Source: Nitrospirota bacterium (lineage in GTDB: Bacteria; Nitrospirota; UBA9217). From it: a DNA stretch of 47,202 nt. The stretch is taken from the NCBI GenBank assembly GCA_029858565.1, contig JAOUEV010000026.1, forward strand, positions 1 to 47,202, given 5' to 3'. Numbering within the stretch: position 1 is the first letter of the stretch; each line of letters starts with the position of its first letter. The notes beneath the pieces were generated by a model. That model saw only the letters and a list, made by a program, of their open reading frames with translations. It was not told the origin of the DNA and did not search any database. Position numbers and translations under genes: made by a program. Shown one piece after another: positions 1-10,187 of this stretch.

Positions 1-207
1 CGAAAACTCGGCCTGCGGCCTCAGACATTCGCGTTCGCCCTTTGGGACGCTACCTTAGGCCAAGACGTGTGCCCCAAAATCTTATAGGGCTGCTTCCGGG
101 GACATGCGGGTTTTGGGTAAAAGCTTTAAAGCCTTTGAATCTAACCCCATGCGAACATTCCCGTTACGCTGGTTCCTTTCCCGCCCGCTTCGTCCGGCCC
201 GGACGGA

Positions 208-236
208 TTGACACCCCTGCGGCCTGGGGGTACTAT
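208..236 (+). promoter_or_regulatory. sigma70-type promoter of uvrB (probably leaderless mRNA)
   Basis: TTGACA(208-213)-17 nt-TACTAT(231-236); the ATG follows 5 nt later with no Shine-Dalgarno. Confidence 0.7.
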
Positions 237-241
237 CAATC

Positions 242-2248
242 ATGCCGCGATTCACCATCCAGTCCGAATTCAAGCCCACGGGCGATCAGCCGCAGGCCAT
301 TGAGAGCCTTTCCGAGGGTGTTATAAAAGGACTGCGGGACCAGGTCCTGCTCGGCGTGACCGGTTCCGGCAAGACCTTTACCATGGCCAACGTGATAGAG
401 CGGGTCCAGAAGCCAACGCTCGTGATCGCGCACAACAAGACCCTGGCGGCACAGCTCTATAACGAGTTCAGGGAGCTCTTTCCGCAGAACGCGGTGGAAT
501 ATTTCGTTTCCTACTACGACTATTACCAGCCCGAGGCCTATCTTCCGACCACGGACACCTATATCGAGAAGGACTCGGCGATCAACGAACAGATCGACCG
601 CATGCGCCACGCGGCAACGAACGCGCTGTTCGAGCGGAACGATGTGATCGTGGTCGCCTCGGTCTCCTGCATCTACGGCCTGGGATCGCCTGAGGCATAC
701 CACGGCATGCTGCTCTTCCTGGAGAAGGGACAGCGCATCGAACGGAACGAGATGCTCCGGAAGCTCGTGGACATCCAGTATGCGCGGAACGATTTCGATT
801 TTCAGCGGGGCACCTTCCGGGTGCGCGGCGATGTGTGCGAGATCTTTCCGGCTTCCCATGAGAGCACGGCCATTCGCGTGGAGATGTTCGGAGACGAGAT
901 CGACAGCATCTCGGAGTTCGATCCGCTGCTCGGAACGCCGCTGCAAAAGCTGGACAAGATAGCGGTCTACCCGAACAGCCACTTCGTGATCCCCGAATCG
1001 CGCATGAAAGCGGCGGTTGACGGCATCCATGAGGAATTGCGGGAGCGTATCCAGCATTTTCGCAGGGCGAACAAGCTGATCGAGGCGCAGCGCATCGAGC
1101 AGCGCACGATGTTCGACCTGGAGATGATCCGGGAAATGGGCTACTGCCACGGCATCGAGAACTATTCGCGCCACTTCTCGGGCAGGGCTCCCGGCGAACC
1201 GCCGCCCACGCTGCTCGATTACTTCCCCAAGGACTACCTGCTGATCATCGACGAATCCCATGCAACGGTCCCGCAGATCGGCGGCATGTTCAACGGCGAC
1301 CGGGCGCGAAAGACCACGCTTGTGGAATTCGGGTTCCGTCTGCCTTCGGCGCTGGACAACCGGCCGCTCAACTTCGAGGAGTTCAAGGACCGGACGAACC
1401 AGGCCGTCTACGTGTCCGCCACGCCCGCGGACTACGAAATGGAGAGGAGCGGGAACCGCATTATCGAGCAGGTGATCAGGCCTACCGGCCTCACGGACCC
1501 GACGATCGCGGTGCGGCCGGTGAAAGGGCAGGTGGACGACCTGCTGAACGAGGTGCGGAACCGCGCCGAGCAAAAGGAGCGGGTGCTGGTCACCACGCTC
1601 ACGAAGCGGATGGCCGAGGACCTGACGGAACATTACAAGGAGCTGAACGTCAAGGTCGCTTATCTCCATTCGGATATCGACACCCTGGAGCGGGTGGACA
1701 TCATCCGCGACCTGAGGCTGGGAAAATACGATGTGCTGATCGGCATCAACCTGCTGCGCGAAGGACTTGACATCCCCGAGGTCTCGCTCGTGGCGATCCT
1801 GGACGCGGACAAGGAAGGGTTCCTGCGTTCAACGCGGTCGCTCATCCAGACCATGGGCCGCGCCGCCCGGCACGTGAACGGCGAGGTGATCCTCTACGCG
1901 GACAAAATGACCGACTCCATGTCCCGGGCCATCAGCGAGACCAGCCGCAGGCGCGCGATCCAGGAGGAATACAACCGGAAGAACAACATAACTCCTCAAT
2001 CGGTGAAGAAGAACATCATGGCCGCGCTCCGGACCGTGTATGAGCAGGATTACTTCACCGTGCCGATCGCGGCGGAGGAGGCGGGCGAGTATGTCCCGAC
2101 CGTGGATATCCCGAAACTGATCTCCCGGCTGGACAAGGAAATGCGGCAGGCGGCAAAGGAACTGGACTTCGAAACAGCGGCGGAGCTGCGCGACAAGATA
2201 CGATCGCTCCGGCAGAAGGAACTTGCCGTGGGAGTCAAGGTGGAGTGA
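242..2248 (+). CDS. uvrB: excinuclease ABC subunit B
   Basis: 668 aa; [14 protein letters not shown] Walker [11 protein letters not shown] beta-hairpin, DESH, C-terminal UVR motif [11 protein letters not shown]. Confidence 0.98.
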   Translation: MPRFTIQSEFKPTGDQPQAIESLSEGVIKGLRDQVLLGVTGSGKTFTMANVIERVQKPTLVIAHNKTLAAQLYNEFRELFPQNAVEYFVSYYDYYQPEAYLPTTDTYIEKDSAINEQIDRMRHAATNALFERNDVIVVASVSCIYGLGSPEAYHGMLLFLEKGQRIERNEMLRKLVDIQYARNDFDFQRGTFRVRGDVCEIFPASHESTAIRVEMFGDEIDSISEFDPLLGTPLQKLDKIAVYPNSHFVIPESRMKAAVDGIHEELRERIQHFRRANKLIEAQRIEQRTMFDLEMIREMGYCHGIENYSRHFSGRAPGEPPPTLLDYFPKDYLLIIDESHATVPQIGGMFNGDRARKTTLVEFGFRLPSALDNRPLNFEEFKDRTNQAVYVSATPADYEMERSGNRIIEQVIRPTGLTDPTIAVRPVKGQVDDLLNEVRNRAEQKERVLVTTLTKRMAEDLTEHYKELNVKVAYLHSDIDTLERVDIIRDLRLGKYDVLIGINLLREGLDIPEVSLVAILDADKEGFLRSTRSLIQTMGRAARHVNGEVILYADKMTDSMSRAISETSRRRAIQEEYNRKNNITPQSVKKNIMAALRTVYEQDYFTVPIAAEEAGEYVPTVDIPKLISRLDKEMRQAAKELDFETAAELRDKIRSLRQKELAVGVKVE

Positions 2249-2250
2249 CT

Positions 2251-2285
2251 CGAATTCGAAATGTGGAATTCGGAATGCGGAATAG
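2251..2285 (+). repeat. degenerate heptamer tandem array (5 units, GGAATNC-like)
   Basis: cgaattc gaaatgt ggaattc ggaatgc ggaatag. Confidence 0.7.
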
Positions 2286-2293
2286 GAGCGAAG

Positions 2294-2626
2294 ATGAATA
2301 TCCATGAAGTTGCAGGAAAGCTCATCGGCTCAGGCGAGCATATCCTCGGCGCCGACGCGACAGGCAGCCACGCCTGTTATCTCATCTACGGCGTTTTGAA
2401 GGCGGGGGAAAAGGGGCGGGTGCTGAAGCCAGGTGCAGGTCACGAGGAGATGGTCCTGGCCGTGAACGGAGACATTATCCTGCACGGCAGGTCCATGTTC
2501 GTGCTCGGCAAAGGACAGGCAGCGCATTTAGTCGGGGAAGAAACGTTCCTGGCAGAAAACCCGGGCAGCAGTGATGTTATCTACGTTGTTGCGGGCGGCC
2601 ACGGGGCGGGCGGCCACGCGCATTGA
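2294..2626 (+). CDS. small cupin-like beta-barrel hypothetical protein
   Basis: AGGAG RBS before ATG 2294; cupin-like pattern GHEEMVLAVNGDI...LGKGQAAHL...LAENPG..VIYVVAG; His-containing C-terminus. Confidence 0.65.
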   Translation: MNIHEVAGKLIGSGEHILGADATGSHACYLIYGVLKAGEKGRVLKPGAGHEEMVLAVNGDIILHGRSMFVLGKGQAAHLVGEETFLAENPGSSDVIYVVAGGHGAGGHAH

Positions 2627-2649
2627 GCATGCTCAAGACAGAGGAAATC

Positions 2650-4284
2650 ATGGAAAAGAAGACCGAAGGGAGCGGACAGGACTGGCTGCTGCGGTACAAG
2701 AAGAAGATCATTCTTGCGATCGTGTGGATCATCACCGCCGCGGTCGTGCTCACCATGCTCACCATTGCCTGGACCTTGCGGGCGCAACTGATGACCCAGA
2801 GCATGCTGCAGGCCCAGGAACTGGGAGCGCTTATCCACTCGAGCCTGAACCACCTGATGCAGGTGCGCGATCCGGACAGGATGCAGACCACATTGGAGGC
2901 CATCGGACGCGAGAACCCCTCGCTCGTCCGTGCATTCATTCTCGACAGCCGCGGCAGGGTCGCCTATTCAACGGACCGCCGGGAGATCGACTCGGTCATC
3001 GACCGGTTCACCCACGTGTCCTGCAAAGGGTGTCACAGCGGCGCTGTCGTGGTGCCTCATGACACGACCATGACCATAACCATCGAAGGCAAACGGGTGC
3101 AACGGTACGTGCATGTCATAGAGAACCAGCCGTCCTGTCACGGCTGCCACGCGGCGTCTACACGGATCAACGGCAAGCTGATCATCGACCGGTCCCTTGA
3201 GGCCACCGACGCGCTGGTCAGGACCGTGGTTGCCATCATCTGCATTCTGGGGTTCGGATGCCTTCTGGTCCTGGTGCCCTTTCTGTGGCGGATCCTGTCA
3301 AAAGGCGTTAATACCTACATTGCCGAGATCCGGCTCAAGTCATCGGAACTGGTCACGCTCTACAGTATAGTCGAGCGTCTGAGCACGACCATCGACCTTG
3401 AGGAACTGAAGAGGATCATCATTGACATCATCAGCGACGCCTACCGCGCCGATGAGATCGACATGGTCATGCCCAGCGAGTACCGGGAAATGGGCGCGAT
3501 CGTCTGGAGCAAGACCGGAAGGTCCATGGCCCGGAAGAAGGTCGATCCCGCGTCGGAACTGCACGGGTTGATTCAGCGATGGCTTGAAGACCCGGCGGCA
3601 GAACCGTCCGTGACCGGCAACGGACGAAGCATTACCATGCCTGTTGCCAAGGGCGGTACGCGGTTGGCCCTCATCGTCGTCCACAGCTCTCAGCAGACCT
3701 TTGACGAGGAACATCTTCCGCTCATACGCGGCATGGCAAACCATATTGCCGTGGCCTTTGACAATGCGATGCTCTACCAGCTGGCGATCACCGACGAACT
3801 GACAGGATTGTACTCGCCCCGCTATTTCCGCCAGGCCATCAGCAAGAAGCATGTGCTCTTTGAAGAGTACGGCGAGAAGATGACCCTGCTCATGGTGGAT
3901 ATTGATAATTTCAAGCGGGTCAATGATACCCATGGCCACCCCGCGGGGGACGCCATCCTCAAGGAGGTCAGCCGGTGCATTCTGAGCGCTGTCCGCACCG
4001 ATGACCTGGCGTTCCGGTACGGAGGCGAGGAATTCGCCGTTATCCTGCCGGCAACGGATCCTGATGCGGGAAAGGCCGTTGCCGAACGGATGCGGGCGCT
4101 GATCGAGCATTATCCGTTCAAGGCGGACCAGCACGTTCTATCGATAACCGTGAGCATAGGGATCGCGGCCTGGCCCGCGAGCGCCGAGACCATCAAGGAG
4201 ATCATCCTGCAGGCGGATAAGGCGCTGTACGAGGCCAAACACAGCGGGAAGAACCGGGTTGTGGTGAGGGAAGGCAAGGAGTAA
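2650..4284 (+). CDS. membrane diguanylate cyclase with periplasmic diheme-c (2x CxxCH) sensor, GAF and GGDEF domains
   Basis: Two TM helices; CKGCH and CHGCH between them; GAF-like segment; DIDNFKRVND, RTDD I-site, RYGGEEF; GAGGA RBS before ATG 2650. Confidence 0.9.
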   Translation: MEKKTEGSGQDWLLRYKKKIILAIVWIITAAVVLTMLTIAWTLRAQLMTQSMLQAQELGALIHSSLNHLMQVRDPDRMQTTLEAIGRENPSLVRAFILDSRGRVAYSTDRREIDSVIDRFTHVSCKGCHSGAVVVPHDTTMTITIEGKRVQRYVHVIENQPSCHGCHAASTRINGKLIIDRSLEATDALVRTVVAIICILGFGCLLVLVPFLWRILSKGVNTYIAEIRLKSSELVTLYSIVERLSTTIDLEELKRIIIDIISDAYRADEIDMVMPSEYREMGAIVWSKTGRSMARKKVDPASELHGLIQRWLEDPAAEPSVTGNGRSITMPVAKGGTRLALIVVHSSQQTFDEEHLPLIRGMANHIAVAFDNAMLYQLAITDELTGLYSPRYFRQAISKKHVLFEEYGEKMTLLMVDIDNFKRVNDTHGHPAGDAILKEVSRCILSAVRTDDLAFRYGGEEFAVILPATDPDAGKAVAERMRALIEHYPFKADQHVLSITVSIGIAAWPASAETIKEIILQADKALYEAKHSGKNRVVVREGKE

Positions 4285-4290
4285 AAGGAA

Positions 4291-4353
4291 AGTGGTAAGT
4301 AATAAGTGGTAAGCAGTCAGCAGTCAGGAGATAGGAGCCAGTAGTAAGTAGCG
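4291..4353 (+). repeat. degenerate heptamer tandem array (9 units, each starting AG)
   Basis: agtggta agtaata agtggta agcagtc agcagtc aggagat aggagcc agtagta agtagcg, between convergent genes. Confidence 0.75.
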
Positions 4354-4374
4354 GTAGCCTTACCTCTGTCTCTC

Positions 4375-5508
4375 TCAGAGCGGCAGCTTTTTCGTCTCCT
4401 CTAACGAGGGGCCGCGGTCCGCGCCGCTCATGGATTTCAGCCGGTCATCGAACTTATCGAGCCGTTTGTCCGCATCATCGTATTTTGACTTCACGTTCGT
4501 CAGGTGTTTGCCCACCAGCTCGAAATCCCCTTTGAACTTGTCAAAATCGCCTGAGAGCTGCGCAAGACCTTTCAGGATCTCCTGCGCCCGTTCCTCGATA
4601 TGCAGCCCCTTGAGCCCCAGCATGATGGTCTGGAGATAGGCGTAGAAACTGTTGGGCGAGACCGGGATGACCCGCTTCTGGAAGGAATAGGTGAGAAGCC
4701 CCTTGTCCGTGTCGATCGCCTCGTCCTTGATGATCAGTTCGTAATAGACGTTCTCCGCCGGGATGTACATGAGCGCGAAATCGCAGGTCCCCTCGTCGGG
4801 CAGGATGTACTTGTTCGATATGGCATCGATATGCTTTTTCACGTCAGCCATGAACTTCCGCCGGGCGGCCTTCTGCTCATCCTCGGACGTCACCTCGATG
4901 ATGCGCCTGAAGTTCTCGAGCGGGAACTTGGCGTCCACGGGCACCATGCTCTGTCCCAGCTTGATCACCGCGTCCACGGCCTCGCCGCTCTTGAAGCGGT
5001 GCTGAAGGCTGAAATGCGCCGGCGGCAGGATCTGCGCCAGCAGGTCTCCCAGAAACAGTTCGCCCAGACCTCCCCGGAGCTTCGGCGACCGCAGGATCTC
5101 CTGCAGGCTCGCGATGTCCTTTCCCACCTCAAAGACCCGCTTGGTTGCTTCCCCGAGACTTCCCAGGTTCTTGGTCACGTCCTGGATGACCGTAGCCGCT
5201 TTGTCCAGCCGCGTGTTCAGATCGCCCGTTGATTTCTGGAGCTGCTCCGTGACCTGGCCAAGACGCGTGTTCATCTGCGCGGATACCTGGCCGAGCTGGG
5301 CGTTCACCTGGGTCGTGACCTGTCCGAGCTGCTGATTCACGGTCTCCTGGTTCCTGAGCATGGCGTCCGAGAGCTGTCCGCGGAGCGACTGGATCTCCTG
5401 CTGCAGCAGCGCGGCCGTGGCGTCGACCGCGGGTTTCCTGGACTGCAGTACGAGCCAGAGGACAACGAGCAGGACGGCGGCAAGGAGGATGATGATGGCA
5501 AGTTCCAA
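4375..5508 (-). CDS. rmuC: DNA recombination protein RmuC
   Basis: N-terminal TM, coiled coil, PKLRGGLGE, VDAKFPLE, DFALMYIPAE; AAAGGA RBS before a TTG start. Confidence 0.92.
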   Translation of the reverse strand: MELAIIILLAAVLLVVLWLVLQSRKPAVDATAALLQQEIQSLRGQLSDAMLRNQETVNQQLGQVTTQVNAQLGQVSAQMNTRLGQVTEQLQKSTGDLNTRLDKAATVIQDVTKNLGSLGEATKRVFEVGKDIASLQEILRSPKLRGGLGELFLGDLLAQILPPAHFSLQHRFKSGEAVDAVIKLGQSMVPVDAKFPLENFRRIIEVTSEDEQKAARRKFMADVKKHIDAISNKYILPDEGTCDFALMYIPAENVYYELIIKDEAIDTDKGLLTYSFQKRVIPVSPNSFYAYLQTIMLGLKGLHIEERAQEILKGLAQLSGDFDKFKGDFELVGKHLTNVKSKYDDADKRLDKFDDRLKSMSGADRGPSLEETKKLPL

Positions 5509-5611
5509 AGTATACGGTCCTTTCTGTTACGAACGCTGTGAACAAGAATGAATTGCGATACTATAGCACAACAAGCAAACGCTGACAACAGCGACCTCTG
5601 TGGCATCACCG

Positions 5612-5640
5612 TTGACAAGAGACCGTATGAAGAATATGAT
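5612..5640 (+). promoter_or_regulatory. sigma70-type promoter of the Crp/Fnr gene (probably leaderless)
   Basis: TTGACA-17 nt-TATGAT; ATG 7 nt downstream, no SD. Confidence 0.65.
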
Positions 5641-5647
5641 ACCTCCC

Positions 5648-6277
5648 ATGACCAAGGCTGAGTTCCTCAAGACCTTTCCCGCATTCACCCGGAGCGACGA
5701 TGCGCTGATATCAACGCTCGTCTCCGCGGGCCAGCGCAAGACCATTCCGGCCGGTGCCCAGATCTACCGGGTAGGCGATGCCTGCAGCGCGATCGCCTTT
5801 GTGCTGTCCGGCGAGATCAGGGTATACAAGATCGGTCAGGGGGGCAGGGAGATCACCCTTTATGAGATCGGGCCTGGTGAGACCTGCATCCTGAATGCTT
5901 CCTGCATCCTTTCCGGCAGGACCTATCCCGCGCATGCGCTGACACTTGCCGAGACCGTAGTATTCATGGTTCCCTCTGACCTCTTCCACCGTCTGGTGAA
6001 TGAGTTCGACATCATGCGCGATTTCGTGTTCACGCTTCTTTCCCAGCGCCTGACCGGGGTCATGGAACTGGTGGAGGAGGTGGCATTCGGCAGGATGGAC
6101 GAGCGGCTCATGGATTACCTTGTCGAGAAGAGCCAGGACAACCGGCTCGAGACTACCCACCAGAAGATCGCCAATGACCTGGGAACCTCCCGGGAAGTGG
6201 TGAGCCGGCTGCTGAAGGACCTTGAACGTAAAGGAACAGTCAGGCTTTCCAGAAATGAGATTAACCTCCTGAAATAG
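5648..6277 (+). CDS. Crp/Fnr family transcriptional regulator
   Basis: cNMP-binding fold (GEIRVYK..GREITLYEIGPGE) and HTH THQKIANDLGTSREVVSRLL; start chosen from promoter spacing. Confidence 0.92.
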   Translation: MTKAEFLKTFPAFTRSDDALISTLVSAGQRKTIPAGAQIYRVGDACSAIAFVLSGEIRVYKIGQGGREITLYEIGPGETCILNASCILSGRTYPAHALTLAETVVFMVPSDLFHRLVNEFDIMRDFVFTLLSQRLTGVMELVEEVAFGRMDERLMDYLVEKSQDNRLETTHQKIANDLGTSREVVSRLLKDLERKGTVRLSRNEINLLK

Positions 6278-6403
6278 GCCGGATAGAATACACCGGGCAC
6301 GTGACGGGGAGAAAGCCGGTGCTTCCCATCACCTTATCGCAAGATCCCACTATATCATCCTGACCTGTTCTCCATTCCGGCCTTCTCCTGCTCCTGCTCC
6401 GAA

Positions 6404-6420
6404 CTGTGACTAAGTCACAG
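6404..6420. promoter_or_regulatory. perfect palindromic Crp-like operator upstream of the DUF2892 gene
   Basis: CTGTGAC-TAA-GTCACAG (TGTGA-N5-TCACA). Confidence 0.65.
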
Positions 6421-6507
6421 AACTCCCTTTTCTCGCATGGTATTGTTCGTTCATCAAGAGCGATGGCAAATGCCGCTGCTCATACGATCTCTGAGGAGGA
6501 TATTATC

Positions 6508-6699
6508 ATGAAGAAGAACGTCGGTGCTGCTGAGCGTATCGCACGTATTGTGCTCGGCCTGGTCATTCTGGCATTTGCCTTTGTAGGCCCCAAGACCGCC
6601 TGGGCCTATCTGGGCATCATCCCCCTGGCAACAGGGCTCATCGGCTGGTGCCCGCCGTACGCGTTGTTCGGCATCTCAACCTGCAAGACCTGCAAATAA
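6508..6699 (+). CDS. DUF2892 / YgaP-like small membrane protein
   Basis: GAGGAGG RBS; MKKNVGAAERIARIVLG...GWCPPYALFGISTC family signature. Confidence 0.9.
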   Translation: MKKNVGAAERIARIVLGLVILAFAFVGPKTAWAYLGIIPLATGLIGWCPPYALFGISTCKTCK

Positions 6700-6742
6700 T
6701 CGCGGCTTCACCGGGAGTGCCTCGACAGCACTCTCTCCTTGC

Positions 6743-6780
6743 AAGCGCACCGTCCCCCCCGGCGGTGCGCTTTTTATTTA
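6743..6780 (+). terminator. intrinsic terminator
   Basis: AAGCGCACCG..CGGTGCGCTT stem followed by a T-tract. Confidence 0.75.
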
Positions 6781-7255
6781 TATCCATAGCTCCCGCGTAT
6801 CCATTAGACCTGCATACCAGCTTCCTGATATTAGATCCAAATTGAGAACGGGTTTTTCTTAACCGTACATGGCTAGATATCCGATGAGCCGTGATAGAGG
6901 ATTTATGGATTAAGCCACAATCACCATTGGGCAATGCGACTCCGAACAAGAAAGAGTTGCATATGTTAATACAAGATAAACTGTGACGAGCAAAATAAAA
7001 AAGCATCTTATTGACATACTATGGCAGTTAGAGGTAAAATTTCGCCATAGCAAATCATAATAATGCAATAAATGGCTGGGAGTTGACAATTTGAAGTGAT
7101 TATAAACTGATTTTATAGTGATTTTTGAGTTGATATTCACCCGTTTTTGTTAGAAATCTGACTCTTACAGGGGGGTAAGGACAACGGATATATGTTCAGA
7201 GGAGGCAATTGTTACGTTGTGAATAATGTATAATTGCAAGAAGCTATTAGGCTGA

Positions 7256-7414
7256 GCACATGACTTGGTTAAGACCTCTCTCCAGACGGTCAATCCGGAT
7301 AGCCGCGAGGCAGAGAAGATATCAGAAGTGGCAAGGATCACGGGCCTCACTTCGATCATGGACAAACGGCACGAACTGCTCAAGCAGACCGCAAAACTGT
7401 CAGGCGCGTTCTAG
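7256..7414 (+). pseudogene. C-terminal remnant of a PhnD-like substrate-binding protein
   Basis: Frame reads AHDLVKTSLQTVNPDSREAEKISEVARITGLTSIMDKRHELLKQTAKLSGAF*, colinear with the C-terminus of the 9247-10109 protein (TAEKVRAALLKLKPNSPEAGTISGPAKITGFAPINDKDYDMLRQAAKLAGEF*). Confidence 0.75.
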
Positions 7415-7503
7415 GGGCCATGTAAAACACCTGCGTTTCAAGCCGGATATCTCTACTGCAGAATCACGCAGGAACGGCTTGTGTGGAAGTGAAGGGGGTC
7501 TTT

Positions 7504-9078
7504 ATGAAAATTCGAGATTGGTCTGTAACAAAGAAGTTCCTGGCTGGAATCATTCTGGTACTTTTGGCGGTATCGGCAACGCTGGTCATTGTTCTCGGCA
7601 TCAGCCAACGAAGCGCGCTGATGAATGCCCTGGAGGATAAGGGACAGTTCACGACTACGTTCCTCGCCGCGATCTGCGCAGAACCGATACTTTCATACAA
7701 TTTTTCCTATCTCGAGAATTATGTAAAGGATGCTGCGCGGGACGAGGATGTCGAGTCAGCCTCGGTGCTGGACAAACAGGGCAATTTGCTTGCCAAGGCT
7801 GGTGAGGAATCAAAGGGAAAAAGCGACGTCCTTGAGTTTACGAGCCCGATCATGCAGGGTTCTGAACAGATCGGCGCGGTCCGGCTCATTTTAACTCAAA
7901 AACATGTGAATGCTACTACCCGGAAGGCGCAAGGAGTAATACTTGCCCTGTGCATCGGCGCGGGGGTGCTCATTTCCGCGGTGGTGTACCTGCTGTTCAG
8001 AAGGGTCATTGTAAAACCTCTTGGCTCCCTGAAAACTTCCATGGAAAAACTGGCTGCAGGCGACCTGGACCTGACCGTGGAGGTCGGCAGCAAGGATGAA
8101 GTGGGACAACTCGGGCATTCCATTCGCGCCATGGTTGCGAAACTGCGGGATGTGGTCGCAGATGTGAAAAGCGCATCGACGAGCGTGTCCGAGAGAAGTA
8201 AGCAACTCTCGGAGGGCGCTGCCCAGCTGTCGCAAGGAACGACTGAGCAGGCCGCTTCAACAGAGGAGGCTTCGTCATCGGTCGAGGAAATGGACGCGAC
8301 GATAAGACAGAACGCGGAAAATGCCGGACAAACGGATAGGATCGCGAATAAGTCGGCTCAAGACGCTGGCGAGAGCGGGAAGGCTGTATCCGACGCAGTG
8401 CATGCCATGAAGCAGATAGCGGAGAAGATCTCGATCATCGAGGAGATCGCCCGTCAGACCAACTTGCTCGCCCTGAACGCGGCCATTGAAGCGGCCCGGG
8501 CAGGTGAGGCGGGCAAGGGGTTTGCCGTGGTTGCGGCGGAAGTGCGCAAATTGGCGGAGCGGAGCCAGGCCGCCGCTGGAGAAATAAGCAGACTGTCCTC
8601 ATCGAGCGTCGATGTTGCTGAACGGGCCGGCTCCATGCTGAAGCAGCTTGTGCCGGACATCCAGAAGACAGCGGAGCTGGTCAAGGAAATATCCGCGGCG
8701 TCGAAGGAGCAGGCTGGCGGATCGGACCAGATCAACAATGCCCTTCAGCAGCTGAACCGTGTGGTTCAGCAGAACGCGGGCGCTGCCGAGGAAATGTCAA
8801 CTATGTCGGAGGAACTATCATCACAGGCTGATCAGCTGCAGACGGCCATTGGATATTTCCGTCTGAATCAGCGTGGTGACTCACTCTCGACAGTTTCCCG
8901 CCGAGTTTTGCGCGAGGTGCCCGGGGAGCGATCTGGTTCCGCGAAAAGCAGCACTCAGTTGCTGGGAAGCCCGCAACCGGGATTGGTGCGAGAAAAACCG
9001 TTGCGTCGCGGCGTTACTTTGAAGATGCATGACAGCATTAAGGGAGATAAGCGTGATGAGGAGTTCGAGAAATTCTGA
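7504..9078 (+). CDS. methyl-accepting chemotaxis protein
   Basis: Two TMs, small periplasmic domain, [34 protein letters not shown] signalling tip, C-terminal EFEKF tether pentapeptide. Confidence 0.96.
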   Translation: MKIRDWSVTKKFLAGIILVLLAVSATLVIVLGISQRSALMNALEDKGQFTTTFLAAICAEPILSYNFSYLENYVKDAARDEDVESASVLDKQGNLLAKAGEESKGKSDVLEFTSPIMQGSEQIGAVRLILTQKHVNATTRKAQGVILALCIGAGVLISAVVYLLFRRVIVKPLGSLKTSMEKLAAGDLDLTVEVGSKDEVGQLGHSIRAMVAKLRDVVADVKSASTSVSERSKQLSEGAAQLSQGTTEQAASTEEASSSVEEMDATIRQNAENAGQTDRIANKSAQDAGESGKAVSDAVHAMKQIAEKISIIEEIARQTNLLALNAAIEAARAGEAGKGFAVVAAEVRKLAERSQAAAGEISRLSSSSVDVAERAGSMLKQLVPDIQKTAELVKEISAASKEQAGGSDQINNALQQLNRVVQQNAGAAEEMSTMSEELSSQADQLQTAIGYFRLNQRGDSLSTVSRRVLREVPGERSGSAKSSTQLLGSPQPGLVREKPLRRGVTLKMHDSIKGDKRDEEFEKF

Positions 9079-9246
9079 TGCTGCCACCGGGACAGGGATG
9101 ACGCTCGTAAGCACCTCCGGGGATGTCCGGCTTTCGTCCTGGCAGTAGTGATGGTTTCTTATCGCGGAGGCAATGACCGGACGAGTCGGCTGCTCATCCG
9201 GTGAAAATAATTAGCGAGTCTAAGGTGAACCATAAAGGAGGACAGT

Positions 9247-10109
9247 ATGAGTAAGTACCAGGTGTTTTCCTGCGAGCAGCTGTAGCTATGGTCCTGATGG
9301 TGCTGGTGGTAGCGCCCGGGGTAGCGATGGCCGAGATCAAGCTTGGCCTGCTTCCGAGACTAAGTGCGACGGAGATGACGATCATGTTCACCCCGCTTGC
9401 CGACTATTTGAGCAGGGAGTCGGGCGAGAAAGTGACGTTGGTGATCCCGAAGGACTTTGACGCCTTCAAGGCGCTGGTGAACTCCGGTCAGGTCGACATG
9501 GGATTTGCCAATCCGCTGATCTATGTCCAGTTGAAGAAGAACAGTGCAGCGCTCGATCCGTTAGCTCTTGCTTCGGAAAAGGCCGGCACCAAGTTCCGGG
9601 GGATCATCATCAGCCGCAAGGACAGCGGTATCGAGAAGGTACAGGACCTGAAGGGCAAGAAGCTCATCTTTGTTGAGAAGGATTCCGCCGCCGGCCATGT
9701 GTTTCAGATGCTCACGTTAAGCAAGGCCGGCCTGGACGTGCACAAGGATTTTACCAAACTGCCTTTTGCCAAAAAGCATGACAATGTCGCGCTGGCCGTG
9801 TTCAATAAGGCGGCGGACGCGGGCGGTATCCGCGAGGACGATCTTGAAAAGATGAAGGACAAGGTTGACCTGTCTCAGATCAAGATCGTGGCGTACACCG
9901 ACTATTACCCGAACTGGCCCTTGTTCACCACGGACAAGATGAGCAAGGCGACAGCGGAGAAGGTCAGGGCCGCTCTTCTGAAGCTCAAACCGAATAGCCC
10001 CGAAGCGGGGACCATCTCCGGTCCGGCGAAGATCACCGGATTCGCACCGATCAATGATAAGGACTATGACATGCTGAGGCAGGCAGCAAAGCTCGCCGGC
10101 GAGTTCTAG
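9247..10109 (+). CDS. phosphate/phosphite/phosphonate-type (PhnD-like) periplasmic binding protein; 5' end apparently frameshifted
   Basis: IKLGLLP, FTPLADYL, FRGIIISRKDS, DSAAGH, KHDNVALAV, YPNWP motifs; the AAAGGAGG RBS and ATG 9247 are out of frame with the ORF from 9288. Confidence 0.85.
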
Positions 10110-10187
10110 GACCTGCGCGCGCACCGGAGCTTCTGCCTCCGGGGCGTTCAACTACATGAGTCACCAGGATCGGCTTGTGCGAAGGAG

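Noticed and set aside
1-60. Short GGCC-TGC-GGCC hairpin region resembling a REP-like repeat
   Set aside because: Truncated at the window edge and single copy; cannot be supported
151-169. GCGAAC-ATTCCC-GTTACGC as a LexA box upstream of uvrB
   Set aside because: Spacing and right half-site do not match GAAC-N4-GTTC or other SOS boxes I know
7360-7420. Possible c-di-GMP-I riboswitch (GCAAAA motif) upstream of the MCP
   Set aside because: Lacks the GNRA P2 loop and consensus; better explained as a coding remnant of the binding protein
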